Source: Octopus bimaculoides
Lineage: Eukaryota
Assembly: GCF_001194135.2 (NCBI RefSeq)
Contig: NC_068993.1
Coordinates: 9,314,284-9,370,997 of the forward strand
Reading direction: 5' to 3'
DNA: 56,714 nt
The notes beneath the pieces were generated by a model. That model saw nothing but the letters and a program-made list of their open reading frames with translations, was not told where the DNA came from and did no database searches. A program made the translations under genes and the position numbers. Below are positions 24,700 to 37,129 of the stretch, one piece after another; the stretch's first letter is position 1; each line of letters starts with the position of its first letter.

Positions 24700-25035
24700 C
24701 TTAAGGTTCAGTCCCACTTCATGGGCATCTCAGGAAAGTGTCTTGTACTATAGTCTCGGGCTGACCAAAACCCTGTGAGTAGATTTGGTTGTATGTGTAT
24801 GTTACCGTTTCCTTGCCTCAATATCCCATGATAGCTATAAGCAAGTGTCACTGTCATTCAAGCGGTGTCTTTGGTTCCAATCTTCCAAGACATGTCTCAC
24901 TAAGGGGAAATATTACCTAACTTGGAAACAGATGAGGGTTGGCTACAGGAAGGGCATCCGACTACAAAATCTGCCTCAATGAATTCTATCTAACCCATGT
25001 GAGAATTGAAAGGTGGACATTAAAACATGATGATG
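24700..25035 (+). mobile_element. SINE family G: B-type head joined to an A/RTE-type tail
   Basis: B head (GGTTCAGTCCCAC...CTGACCAAAACCCTGTGAGTAGATTTGG), then CAGGAAGGGCATCC...GGACATTAAAACATGATGATG; second copy at 31655-32080. Confidence 0.65.
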
Positions 25036-26502
25036 ATTTTGGTGGTAGTGTCGCATGATGGTAGTTGTCAGTTTGAGAGGTGCACAATTAAATGACGTGT
25101 CAGTGTTTCCACATAAACTCACTGACAGTGACAGCATCACAGCTCAGCCGACTAAACAACCAATTGACCAGTGTTTCCTATGATATTCTGACACAGCAGA
25201 CATACAATAGTAACTAATTGCCTTTGATGTACATGTCAGAGGGATGGACAAACAGAGAGATGGATGTACACACTGCTAATTATATTAGTAGATTAAAAAA
25301 AACCCAACAAACAAAAACCAAAATAAAGTTGTTCAAATATGCCATCCATTCTACTGCGTAACTATTACGTATATCTTATCTTACTGAAAATATTGCTGTC
25401 AATATGGTTAATGCTTTTGTATACAAACAGCTTTTGGCAACATGGTGTGTTGTTGATGATGCATATAACGAAAGCTGTTTTTGCTGTAAATTGTCATGTC
25501 GGTGACTTAACTCTTTCACAGTGGACCGATTCTGGCAGCACTGTCTTCTAACAGTTATAGCTATGGTAACTGCAATTCTTGTTGTCAATGAATTAATCCA
25601 CATCTGCTGGAGACAGTATTGTAAAAATTACTACTACTACTACTACTACCACCACTACTTAACTGTTTTAACAATCACTTCTGATGCCAGTAAGTTAAAT
25701 AAACAGCATGACACACACACACACATGCATGTGTATGATGGTAAGATATATATACACATACATACATACACGCGCATGTAAATATATACACACAGATTTG
25801 TATGACAGTGATATGTACGTATGTATACAAACATAGATTTTTAACCTGTTTATTGTCGAGTAATTTTGCAACAGATAAACATTTTGACGTGGCGGGCAGC
25901 AGTGGTGGTGGTCTTGGAAAGGGTTAGGTTAAGCAACATTTTGATAAATTGGCATTATCAATGGAATTTTAAGTATTCTCACTTGCCATAATAATAATAA
26001 TAATAATAATAATACATAAAAAAATAATAATAAAAAGAACTGGACTAATTGTCAGTTGTTGATTTAGTAGTGCAATCCAGTTTGATGAAGATTTTTAATG
26101 TTTGTACAGACTTGGAATGTTATCTGATGGTTGAGTTGAGGAACTGGTTATGCCATGTAGTAGTTGTGTAAGCTCTAGGTCTGTGGTGGTTCACTGATTG
26201 AGCAGACAACAGAACCAATGATCAAAGAAGATCCGACTATGACCATCCCAGCTTTTTTTTTTCATTCTCTGTGTTATCCAATTTGATTTGATTTTTAAGA
26301 TGATACCATGTGATTTGAGAGAGATTTGCCTGCTATTTTCAGTAGGTTGAGCATCAGCTTAGAGGTCCCTCATTAGAGACAATATCATATATAGGTAGCA
26401 TCTATGGTTTCAGGTTCAGTCCTGCTGCATGGCACCTTCAGGTAGCATCTATGAGGTATTTTTTGGTTTTGTGTAGTAAATAAAAATGAAAATCAGATAT
26501 TA

Positions 26503-26669
26503 ATAGGCACAGGTGTGGCAATGTGGTTAAGAAGCTTACTTCCCATCCACATTGGCTGCAGGTTCAATCCCACTGCATGGCACCTTCAACAAGTGTCTTC
26601 TACTGCAGTTGTGGTCGAACCAAAGACTTGAGAGTGGATTTGGTAGATGGAAACTTAAAGAAGCTTATC

Positions 26670-26720
<51 letters not shown>
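26503..26720 (+). mobile_element. SINE family B 5' half ending in (TG)n
   Basis: GGCACAGGTGTGGCAATGTGG...GGATTTGGTAGATGGAAACT. Confidence 0.75.
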
Positions 26721-26725
<5 letters not shown>

Positions 26726-28682
26726 ATATTGGAATACAAAGTTCTCAACCACACAGTCTTACCTACACTAACATATGTTGTTCCCAGGGTGGGAAAAGTA
26801 GATGTTAAAACAATGATGGTGATGCTGATAATGTTGATGATGTAATTTACCAATTTCTCTAGTTAGATTATTGCAGCAAGCTAAAGTTCTTCGTTGCCTC
26901 GGTCTTTTATTATAATTTCCTTCACATCAAGGAGGCTTTACCACAGTGGTTGTCAACCAGGGGCCATAAGATCNNNNNNNNNNNNNNNNNNNNNNNNNNN
27001 NNNNNNNNNNNNNNNNNNNNNNNNNNNNNNNNNNNNNNNNNNNNNNNNNNNNNNNNNNNNNNNNNNNNNNNNNNNNNNNNNNNNNNNNNNNNNNNNNNNN
27101 NNNNNNNNNNNNNNNNNNNNNNNNNNNNNNNNNNNNNNNNNNNNNNNNNNNNNNNNNNNNNNNNNNNNNNNNNNNNNNNNNNNNNNNNNNNNNNNNNNNN
27201 NNNNNNNNNNNNNNNNNNNNNNNNNNNNNNNNNNNNNNNNNNNNNNNNNNNNNNNNNNNNNNNNNNNNNNNNNNNNNNNNNNNNNNNNNNNNNNNNNNNN
27301 NNNNNNNNNNNNNNNNNNNNNNNNNNNNNNNNNNNNNNNNNNNNNNNNNNNNNNNNNNNNNNNNNNNNNNNNNNNNNNNNNNNNNNNNNNNNNNNNNNNN
27401 NNNNNNNNNNNNNNNNNNNNNNNNNNNNNNNNNNNNNNNNNNNNNNNNNNNNNNNNNNNNNNNNNNNNNNNNNNNNNNNNNNNNNNNNNNNNNNNNNNNN
27501 NNNNNNNNNNNNNNNNNNNNNNNNNNNNNNNNNNNNNNNNNNNNNNNNNNNNNNNNNNNNNNNNNNNNNNNNNNNNNNNNNNNNNNNNNNNNNNNNNNNN
27601 NNNNNNNNNNNNNNNNNNNNNNNNNNNNNNNNNNNNNNNNNNNNNNNNNNNNNNNNNNNNNNNNNNNNNNNNNNNNNNNNNNNNNNNNNNNNNNNNNNNN
27701 NTATATATATATATATATATATATATGGAGAGAGAGAGAGAGAGATACATAGATATATGCACACACACACATATATATATACATGGCCATCCGAAGATGT
27801 TTGTCTTCAGCAGTGTACTTAAATACTGGTGTATTTATTTTGTCCCTATGGCAAATAAAGGAAATTATTATGATTACAATTTGTTTATCAGTGACGGCAC
27901 TCAACTGTCTGTGAAGAACGTCTTCTCACTAGATGTTTACTTTACATATCCGAACGCTTCCTTTTTCTCTTCACTCTGGATACCACCACCACCACCATCA
28001 TTATCACTACCATCACTACAATTATCATCATCATCATCACCACCACCATCACCACCACCACCACCACCATCATCACCACCACTGCCACCACCACCATCAC
28101 TACAATTATCATCATCATCATCACCGCCACCATCACCACCACCACCACAACTATCAAAACCACCACCACCACCACCACCACCACCACCACTGCCACAACC
28201 AACACAACAAACACCATCATCATCATCATCATTGTCATCATCATCTTTACATTTCTGCCTTCAGGCTTTAAGATGAAGTTTTTTCGGTACTGAAAAAGTA
28301 TCAGGGGGTAAAAAAAAACCAAAGCTGAAGCTTGTTTTGTCTCTTGTTTCTTGTCTCGTCTGAGTTTTTGCCAAAAAACATGTAGCCTGCGCTGAATAAC
28401 AGTCCACGCTACATCCCACCCTCACCATACCCCCACAACAACCACTGCCACGACCATCACCGCTGCAGCTACCACCAGCTCTACATCTCAATGCATCACA
28501 TCATTATCATATCACAGCCACTACTACTACTACTACTACTACCACCAGCGTTATCACAATTCTCGCCTACACAGCCCCTCCCACCACCACCACCACCTAC
28601 CTGATCACAATGCTAACGCAATGGCTTGGCAATCTGATTTGGTTATTATTATTATTATTATTATAATTATTATTATTATAAT

Positions 28683-29170
28683 TAAGGGGGTGAGCTGGCA
28701 GAATCGTTAGCACACCGGACAAAATGCTTAGTGGTACTTCATCTGTCATCACGTTCTGGGTTCAAACACTGCCGAGATTGACTTTGTCTTTCATCCTTTC
28801 AGGGTTAATAAATTCAGTACCAGTTATGCACTGGGCTCGATGTAATCAACTGGTCGCCTCCCCAAAAATGTCAGGCCTTGTGCTTATAGTAGAAAGGATT
28901 ATAATTATTATTATTATCATTATTATTATTATTAAGGCGGCAAGCAAGCAGAATCGTTAGCATGCTGGACGAAATGCTTAGCATACCAGGCAAAATGCTT
29001 AATGATATGTCGTCATCTTTACCTTCTGAATTCAAATTCCGCTGAGGTCAACTTTGCCTTTCCTCCTTTCAGGGTTGATAAAATAAAGTACCAGTTATGC
29101 ACTGGGGATCAATGTAATCAACTTTCTCATTCTCCCAAAATTACTGGCCTTGTGCCAAAATTTGGAACTA
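28683..29170 (+). mobile_element. Two tandem family F SINEs (28683-28897 and 28933-29170) within and between (ATT)n tracts
   Basis: Two heads AAGG(G/C)GG(T/C)GAGCTGGCAGAATCGTTAGC-like, separated by (ATT)n. Confidence 0.8.
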
Positions 29171-29179
29171 TCATTATAA

Positions 29180-30060
29180 TTGAGTGAGAGAGCAGCACAT
29201 GCCATCAAATATATGTAGCCCAATATATCCATTATGGCTATCTGTCTGATAAGGGGACATCGGGCACATGCATCACAACTACGTATGCACAAAACGGTGA
29301 CCTTATATGAAGATGAACAGCACGTGACCTTGCAGGTGGTACATTTTCTTCAGGTCGAGTAGCCCATCTTGCTAAAAAGGTCCCTGAATAAAAGTTGTTT
29401 AACCCTTTAGTATTCAGATTACTCTGTTAAATGTAATACTTTTTCACTCAAATTGTTTTGAATTAATCATGCATTATCTTATAGCTTTGAGGTTTTAATG
29501 ATGTGATTGTTTATTTTTAGAATGACAATGTAGGTTAGGTGTGAGAGGCTAGATATCGCCAGTTTGAATATAAAACATGTAAAATATCTGGGCCAGATAT
29601 GGCCGGTTTAAACACTAAAGGGTTAAGGATGAGGAAAAAAATACCCATGTCTCCAGGGGTGAATTATTCAAACTTCAAAGAATTCCTCTCAACACATGTC
29701 TATGATGCTCCCTCACTACTTCTGCTTGTGATCAGAGATCTATATATCGTCAGCCACTAAGAGACATGCTCAACTAGTTAAGACCAAGCAACTGTGGTAT
29801 TTACCAAGCAAACCTGTGGTATTGAGCAGAATATTTGCTATAGCCTGTCTTTTATAAACAAGACAAAACATATCCATGATAACACTTCCAATCAGTTAAG
29901 ATCAGAAGCTATTGACCAAGCAAACCTGTGGTATTGAGCAGAATATTTGCTATAGCCTGTCTTTAATACCAAGACAAAACATGTCCATGATAACACTTCC
30001 AATCAGTTAAGATCAGAAGCTATGAAAGCCACTGTCTGATATTGCATCAGGACATTTCTT
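29180..30060 (+). mobile_element. Unclassified repeat family J, with family C MITE inserted at a TTAA (29403-29622) and a ~110-bp internal tandem duplication (29803-29912 / 29915-30023)
   Basis: A J fragment recurs at about 45745-45910; the MITE has TTAA on both sides; the duplicated units are nearly identical. Confidence 0.7.
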
Positions 30061-30127
30061 CTTTTTATTTTATTAAGATTAGTATTTCCTATTTTTATTA
30101 TGACTATTACGACTAGCACTGTTATTG

Positions 30128-30164
<37 letters not shown>

Positions 30165-30838
30165 GATTTAAAACTATCTTTCATTTCAAAGTTTGGAAAT
30201 TTACTTGTGTAGCCATCCATTACTCTTCTTGAAAATAATAAAAAAAATTTTCCTACGCATACATTTGTTTACATAACCACACACAAACACACATGAGCAG
30301 ATATCTGCACAAACATACCGTTACGTACAGTTTAATTGAAAAGATTTTACTTAGAGTGATAGACAAATTCCATAACTGTTTTTAAATTTTTTTTTTTTTT
30401 TAATAGATGAGGAAAAGTTCCAAACTGAAAATATACATTAATTTCTACACAAACACGAAATTGCGCGTGCGCATGTGTGCACATGTGTACATGCATGTGT
30501 GTGTGTGTGGTCATGTGTCGGTATCTTGAAATTCGTTCTTTTTTTTTTTGTCTTTTACTCTAAGTGTTTATAGATTTAAATACACTTTCATGTGATGTTT
30601 GTTTACTTGCACATACACGTAGACAGATATCACACATGCATGTGTGCGCATGCATGCATGCACACAAACACATCTGTTTATGTGCCTGCATGCATATGCC
30701 TAATATGCATATGGGTATGTGCAGTTCTGCACATACACATGCACACACACTTATACACGCATACATACAGTTCTATCTATCTATCTCTCCATTTATACAT
30801 ATACATACATATATATATATGTACATATACATATATAA

Positions 30839-30878
<40 letters not shown>

Positions 30879-31347
30879 ACATGTACTACTAATGCATGGC
30901 TGACAAACCTTCTAGCTAATTTTACAAAGGAGGGTGCATGATGTACATGGGTGGAGAGGGAGAATGCACATAGCATGCAGTGGGATGTACCAAGGTACAG
31001 AGCAAAGTGAGTTGGGAAGTAGTAATGTTCCCAACCCATGTGAACGGAGGGATGGCTTGGCCTATCAGTGACATCAGACACCATCGTCAGAAGCCGGGGA
31101 AAATGTGCAGTGCTGGAGTATAACTTACAGCAGTATTAGTTCGAGGTGAATGAACAAGGAGTTCACTTTTGGTTCACAACTCTGAGACAGAATTGTTCTT
31201 GTAATTTTGCTTGTTTTTCTTTTTTTATTGTTGTCTGAACTCGCGTATGTACTTTCCACTATCGACAATGACAGATTTAAATTAACATTGCTATTCCTTT
31301 CTATTGAATCTGTTAAGACTAGTCAATCAGTAACAAAGTTAGTACTA

Positions 31348-31580
31348 GAGGCAGCGAGCTGGCAGAAACGTTAGTGAGCCGGGCGAAATGCTTAGAGGTA
31401 TTTCGTCTGCCGTTACGTTCTGAGTTCAAATTCCGCCGAGGTCGACTTTGCCTTTCATCCTTTCGGGGTCAATAAATTAAGTACCAGTTACGCACTGGGG
31501 TCGATGTAATCGACTTAATCGCTTTGTCTGTCCTTGTTTGTCCCCTCTATGTTTAGCCCCTTGTGGGCAATAAAGAAATA
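31348..31580 (+). mobile_element. Young full-length family F SINE with a perfect 19-bp target-site duplication
   Basis: AGTAACAAAGTTAGTACTA at 31329-31347 and 31581-31599. Confidence 0.92.
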
Positions 31581-31605
31581 AGTAACAAAGTTAGTACTAA
31601 CTTAC

Positions 31606-31617
31606 CAAATGCAGAGA
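31606..31617 (-). CDS. Candidate 12-nt microexon (VSAF, phase 1 to 1)
   Basis: ctgccatacag-T15-aaatag|TCTCTGCATTTG|gtaagt; strong T tract, consensus donor, frame-preserving. Confidence 0.45.
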
Positions 31618-31654
31618 CTATTTAAAAAAAAAAAAAAACTGTATGGCAGTGTGA

Positions 31655-32080
31655 ATATGACATATGTTTCCCAACCACATGGTTTTGGGTTCAGTCCCAC
31701 TGCATGGAAGCTTGAACAAGAACAACTATCTTTTATTATAGCACAGGGTTGACCAAGCTGCGTGAGAGTATTTTGAAGAGGGGAAACTGTTAGAGGCCCA
31801 TCACGTGTGTGTTCTTGTCTTGATATCGCATGATAGTTGTAAATGAGTGTCACTGTCATACAAGCAGTGTCGTTCATCATCATCATCATCATCATTTAAC
31901 ATCCGCTTTCCATGCTGGAATGGGTTAGAGAGTTTGACTGAAGACTGGTAAGCCAGAATGTTGTTTGTAACAGGCTCCAATCATCCATTTCCAATATTCT
32001 ACTAAAACATGTCTGGCCATGGAGAAACATTGCCTTGCTTGGAAATAGATGGGAGTTGGCATCAAGAAGAGCATTCAGCT
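31655..32080 (+). mobile_element. Family G SINE interrupted by an inverted family A tail (about 31875-31980)
   Basis: G sequence CAAGCAGTGTCGTT resumes at CATCCATTTCCAAT after the (CAT)n-TTTAACATCCGCTTTCCATGC insert. Confidence 0.6.
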
Positions 32081-33047
32081 GTAGCTATAGTAGAAAACAT
32101 TTGGCCAAGGTACTGCTACCACACAATGGGGCTGAACCTGAAACCAAGTAATTGCAAACTGAGATTCCTAAACCAAACCAGCCATCCCTGCGCTTGTCTG
32201 AGATTTATATAAGATATATACATTTGTATGCATAAAATATGGCAACTGTCATATATCAACTGCAAAGGCACTTTTTTTTTTAATCAAGATCGCGATAGCA
32301 GTCAAATAATATTACGTATACACCCAACACCTTGTCTACAAGTGCAGAATAAAATTACTTCAGTGACAAAATGACATCTGCGAAAACACTTGAATGACAA
32401 AGGAGTTGCTGTGTTGAATAGATGGCATCGAATGAGTGTTTTTGATGAAAAATTCTGCCAATCTACCAAAGTGACAACATTCCCCGTTCTGATATTTGTA
32501 ATTAGATATAGAACGAACGGAGGAAACGAAGCGGGGAGAGGGGGGCAAGGAGAGGGAGCAAGACAAATCAGTGTTTGCACAAGCTTGTTTTCTTGAAGGA
32601 ATCTCAATTAACACCTACTTGCAGTTGTAAACATACGCACACACAGACATATACATGATGTTTAAGTGCACACTAATGCATACGCATAACACTTCAGCGC
32701 ACACACACATATACACACACACACAGTCAAGTGCACTCAATTGTATATTTACGTGCATGCATAAATACATGTATGTATATGTGCTTATATATGTATGTTT
32801 GTGTTTTTAGATATAGAAATTATTTATAAATACATGTATGTGCATATATAACATCATTTAAACAGTTGTTTACATAATACTCACACGTGTATGCACATAT
32901 GTATACATACTTATATACATACGTGTATGCATATACATATATGTATGTACATACATAAATGTGAATATAGATCAACATGATCATCTTTAATGTCCATGTT
33001 CCATGCTGGCATGGGTTGAATGGTTGACAGGATCTGATAGGTTCAAT

Positions 33048-33390
33048 GTGAAGACACATGGATCAGTAGTTAGAGCTTTGGGCTCACAATCCTGTGGTAG
33101 TGAGTTTGATTCCCAGACCAGGCTGTATGTTGTGTTCTTGAGCAAGGCACTTTATTTCCATGTTACTCCAATTCACTCAGCTGTTGAAATGAGTTGCGAC
33201 ATCACTGGTGCCAAGCTGTATCGGCCCCTTTACCTTTCCTTTGGATAACATCGGTGGCATGGAGAGAGGAGGCTGGTATGCATGAGCGACTGCTGGTCTT
33301 CCATAAACAACCTTGCCTCGACTTGTGTCTTGAAGGGGAACTTTCTAGATACAATCCCATGGTCATTCATGACTGAAAGAGGTCTTTACC
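33048..33390 (+). mobile_element. SINE family E (D-type head, different tail) inserted in a minus-strand family A variant (32975-33047 and 33391-33515)
   Basis: GTGAAGACACATGG head, GTTCTTGAGCAAGGCACTTTATTTC core, tail ends GAGGTCTTTACC; host sequence resumes afterwards. Confidence 0.65.
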
Positions 33391-33770
33391 AATGGACTCA
33401 AGAACTGCATCATGCCCCAGGGTCTGCTCTGGCTTAGTTTCTATGGCTGGAGGCCCTTCCACAAGACAATCACTTTACAGTATGTACTGAGTGCTTTTTT
33501 ATGCCCCCATCACTAGCGAGATACTGGGTTCAATTTGCTTGGCTAAAATCTTCCAAGGCAGTGTGTATGTCTTTATCTGTAGTTGTCTCCCTGACCACCA
33601 CCACCACTTGATAACCAGTGTTGGTTTAACAGAGATTGATAGAATAAATAGAATCAGTATCCCCCTCAAAAAAAAAATAAAAGTACCGAGGGCAATTTGC
33701 TTAGCTACGAAGCTTTTCAAGGCAATGTTCCAGCATGGCCGTAATCCAGAGACTGAAACTAGTAAAAGAA

Positions 33771-34163
33771 TGTGATAAGTAGCTTGCTTACTAAGCACAT
33801 CGTTCCAGGTTCAGTCCCACTGCGTGGCACCTTGGGGCAAGTGTCTTCTACTATAGCCTCGGGCCAGCCAAAACCTTGTGAGTGGATTTGGTAGACGGAA
33901 ACTGAAAGAAGCCCGTCGTATATATGTATATATATATGTATGTGTGTGTATATGTTTGCGTGTCTGTGTTTGTCCCCCCAACATTGCTTGACAACCGATG
34001 CTGGTGCGTTTGCGTCCCCGTAACTTAGCGGTTCGGCAAAAGAGACCGATAGAATAAGTACTAGGCTTACAAAGAATAAGTCCTGGGGTCAATTTGTTCG
34101 ACTAAAGGCGGTGCTCCAGCATGGCCACAGTCAAATGACTGAAACAAGTAAAAGAGTAAAAGA

Positions 34164-34165
<2 letters not shown>
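33771..34165 (+). mobile_element. Young family B SINE, preceded by an older B 3' half (about 33560-33770)
   Basis: Close match to 19051-19438 (reverse) and 47765-48114; ends GTAAAAGAGTAAAAGAG then (TA)n. Confidence 0.88.
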
Positions 34166-34238
<73 letters not shown>

Positions 34239-34641
34239 GATACACACACATATACATAAGGACACACGCACACATTCCTGTCAAGCAATAATTCCGAAAT
34301 TTCTTCTCTTTCACTGGCCGTGCACTTTAGGAAGAAATAGATATATTTCAATACAAGTTGTGCATAAAGTTTAAAAGATAAAAAAAAGTAGTATTTATAC
34401 AAATACTATCTTCTAATACTAATATTGGAAGCTATATTTAGCTTCTAACTATAAACAACTTAAACTACAGAAAATTATTAAGTACTTTTATATTTTATTC
34501 AATAAATGAAACAGTTATCTAGACATTATATATATTTAGAATTTCAGTTAGCATTTTTCTTCTTTTTCCTTTTTCTCCATATTTTTGAAATGTAATTTTA
34601 TCATTTCCACAACACACCTAGCTACACCTCTTGCAGCTCAC

Positions 34642-34677
34642 CTCTGTGTGTAATGTAGCATTTGATAAACAACGGCT
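34642..34677 (-). CDS. Candidate 36-nt symmetric exon (EPLFIKCYITHR, phase 1 to 1)
   Basis: gtttgtgttatcctag|AGCCGTTG...CACACAGAG|gtgagc; length a multiple of 3; open in phase 1; moderate acceptor. Confidence 0.35.
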
Positions 34678-35000
34678 CTAGGATAACACAAACAGTCAAG
34701 TGCTTCACTTTTGTGATAGGAGGGTACACTGTCAAGAACTGATTAATCTTTCTGATCTGAACAAGTAGGGAGGGAGAAATGGCAATAATGGCATTTATGC
34801 ATGCCTTTCTTAAAGACAATAACAACACAGACAATATGGCTACAATGACTGCAAGTCTAATCTTTCATCACCGTCGTTCCTCTGAGGAGTGGTCAATGTA
34901 TCATGAAATGGTCCATCAAGAGACACTCCCCATGTCTATTTTCCACACATCATGGAAATGATTATGTAAACCACTTTGAATATCATTTTAGCAAGTTTAA

Positions 35001-35221
35001 CCCTTTCGTTACCAACCCGGCTGAAACCGGCTCTGGCTCTGTAGTACAAATGTCTTGTTTTCATAAGTTTTGAATTAAAATCTTCCATCAAACCTTAGTC
35101 ACAATTTATGTTCCTAACACTAGCTGAATGGTAACTAAGTTATTTTACTAAATCCTTTGTAATATTTAAAGGAATTGAAAGAAACACAGAGCATCTCAAA
35201 ATAAATACAGTAACGAAAGGG
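35001..35221 (+). mobile_element. piggyBac-like TTAA MITE, family I, young
   Basis: Perfect 12-bp TIR CCCTTTCGTTAC / GTAACGAAAGGG with TTAA on both sides. Confidence 0.92.
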
Positions 35222-36086
35222 TTAAAGTCATTTCTTTTGTGCCTTAAACCATTTCCCATTTCTGCAGTGCCCCCCACCTCCCTTGATGCTTTAAGCATGT
35301 GCTCATTTTGCTTAATAGTTGATCCAATGCTGCACACACACATACACACAAAACTACACTCAGTTTCGATTTTTATTAAGGATTCTTCCTATTTACTTAT
35401 GGGACCCTTTATCTTTAGTCTGGAACAATAATAATCTTAAATCAATTAGTCTATTGGCATATCAAGAATTCAAAAGAAAGGTCTATTAATGGTGTGCTGT
35501 GGACATATTTTGCAGTAAATCACAAATGGTTTTGGGAACAATTTTTATGACCAATAAAGATCCTCAATGCTGGATTTAAATTTATACAATGGTAATATCT
35601 CTGGAACTGCATATTATTTTGGAAAAGGGATTTTGGAATTCTCTAAACGGCAAAAGATTAATGGAGTTAGGAATGTTATTGTTCCAATCTAGATGTGAAG
35701 AACTAATAAAAAAAAAAATGAAAATTCTTGAATAATAATAATAATAATAATAATAAAACAGATGATGTGTTTTTAATATGACAGGTTTAGTAAAAAAAAA
35801 AAAACTCCCCTTCTTACATAAATATGGGTGTGTATGTATAAATACACATTCATGTAAATGTCTTTCTCTCTCATTTATNNNNNNNNNNNNNNNNNNNNNN
35901 NNNNNNNNNNNNNNNNNNNNNNNNNNNNNNNNNNNNNNNNNNNNNNNNNNNNNNNNNNNNNNNNNNNNNNNNNNNNNNNNNNNNNNNNNNNNNNNNNNNN
36001 NNNNNNNNNNNNNNNNNNNNNNNNNNNNNNNNNNNNNNNNNNNNNNNNNNNNNNNNNNNNNNNNNNNNNNNNNNNNNNNNNNNNNN

Positions 36087-36139
<53 letters not shown>

Positions 36140-36434
36140 TAACACTCATACATGAGAGCTGTGTAACCACAGGCTTTTGAAGAAAATCATACTCTTGCAG
36201 ACACACTTTCTGAAAGAACAACACATTGTCAAATTGCTAACACATGCTGACACAACCATGCATATTGGCATGTGCAGGCATGCACACATTATGATGCTGC
36301 ACGCAAATGGACACACTACATGTGAACACAAACACACATAACGGCTTACACATTAGACATTTATATAAATGTCCTCACAATTACAAAACATTCATGCATA
36401 TCCACACGCATATCCACACATGCGTTAATGTGTA

Positions 36435-36642
36435 AGACGGTGAGCTGGCAGAAACGTTAGCATCTCAGGTGAAATGCTTAGCGGTATTTTGTTCGTCTTT
36501 ACGTTCTGAGTTCATATTTCGGTGAGGTCGACTTTGCCTTTCATCCTTTCGGGGTCGATAAATTAAGTACCAGTTGTGTACTGGGGTCGATCTAATCGAC
36601 TGGATCCCTCCCCCAAAATTTTGAGCCTAGAGCAGAAAAGAT
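36435..36642 (+). mobile_element. SINE family F
   Basis: GGTGAGCTGGCAGAAACGTTAGC...GAGGTCGACTTTGCCTTTCATCCTTTCGGGGTCGATAAATTAAGTACCAG. Confidence 0.85.
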
Positions 36643-36713
36643 TAAGGGGTTAGCTATCTTTATCTCTCTCTGTGTACGTGTGTATGTATATATATATATA
36701 TATACATATATAT

Positions 36714-36909
36714 GGGAGAATATACGAAAAAACAACAACAGACGAAGACAGGTGGTGTAAATAACAAAAGGATGTATTAGTATGACGCTCGGGAATACGG
36801 AAAGTCTTTGACGTTTCGAGCTACGCTCTTCAACAGAAAGAATACGGAGACAAGGAGAAAAACACGGAGAAAAAAAATTGAATAGTGTTCAGTCAACCAT
36901 CAATCATAG

Positions 36910-36911
<2 letters not shown>
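36714..36911 (-). mobile_element. Family K element, copy 2, with (TA)n on both sides
   Basis: Homologous to 22121-22320; TA tracts at about 36686-36713 and 36912-36945. Confidence 0.65.
36805..36841 (-). ncRNA. Minimal type I hammerhead-ribozyme-like motif, copy 2
   Basis: UCUUU-CUGUUGA-A-GAGC(GUA)GCUC-GAAA-CGUC-AAAGA; helix I 5 bp, helix II 4 bp, palindromic ACGU helix III, GUC cleavage triplet. Confidence 0.6.
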
Positions 36912-36952
<41 letters not shown>

Positions 36953-36987
36953 CACAAAGAGAGATAAAGAGATATATATATATATAA

Positions 36988-37029
<42 letters not shown>

Positions 37030-37129
37030 AAGAGTTTTCATCAACTGATGTAATGTAATAGGTATGTACCTATTTATGTATGTACCTATTTATGTATGTA
37101 TGTATGTATGTATGTATGTACATATATGA

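Noticed and set aside
31129-31181. 53-nt minus-strand segment ending in gtaagt
   Set aside because: It has a stop in the required phase 1, is not frame-preserving, and has a weak exonic donor context.
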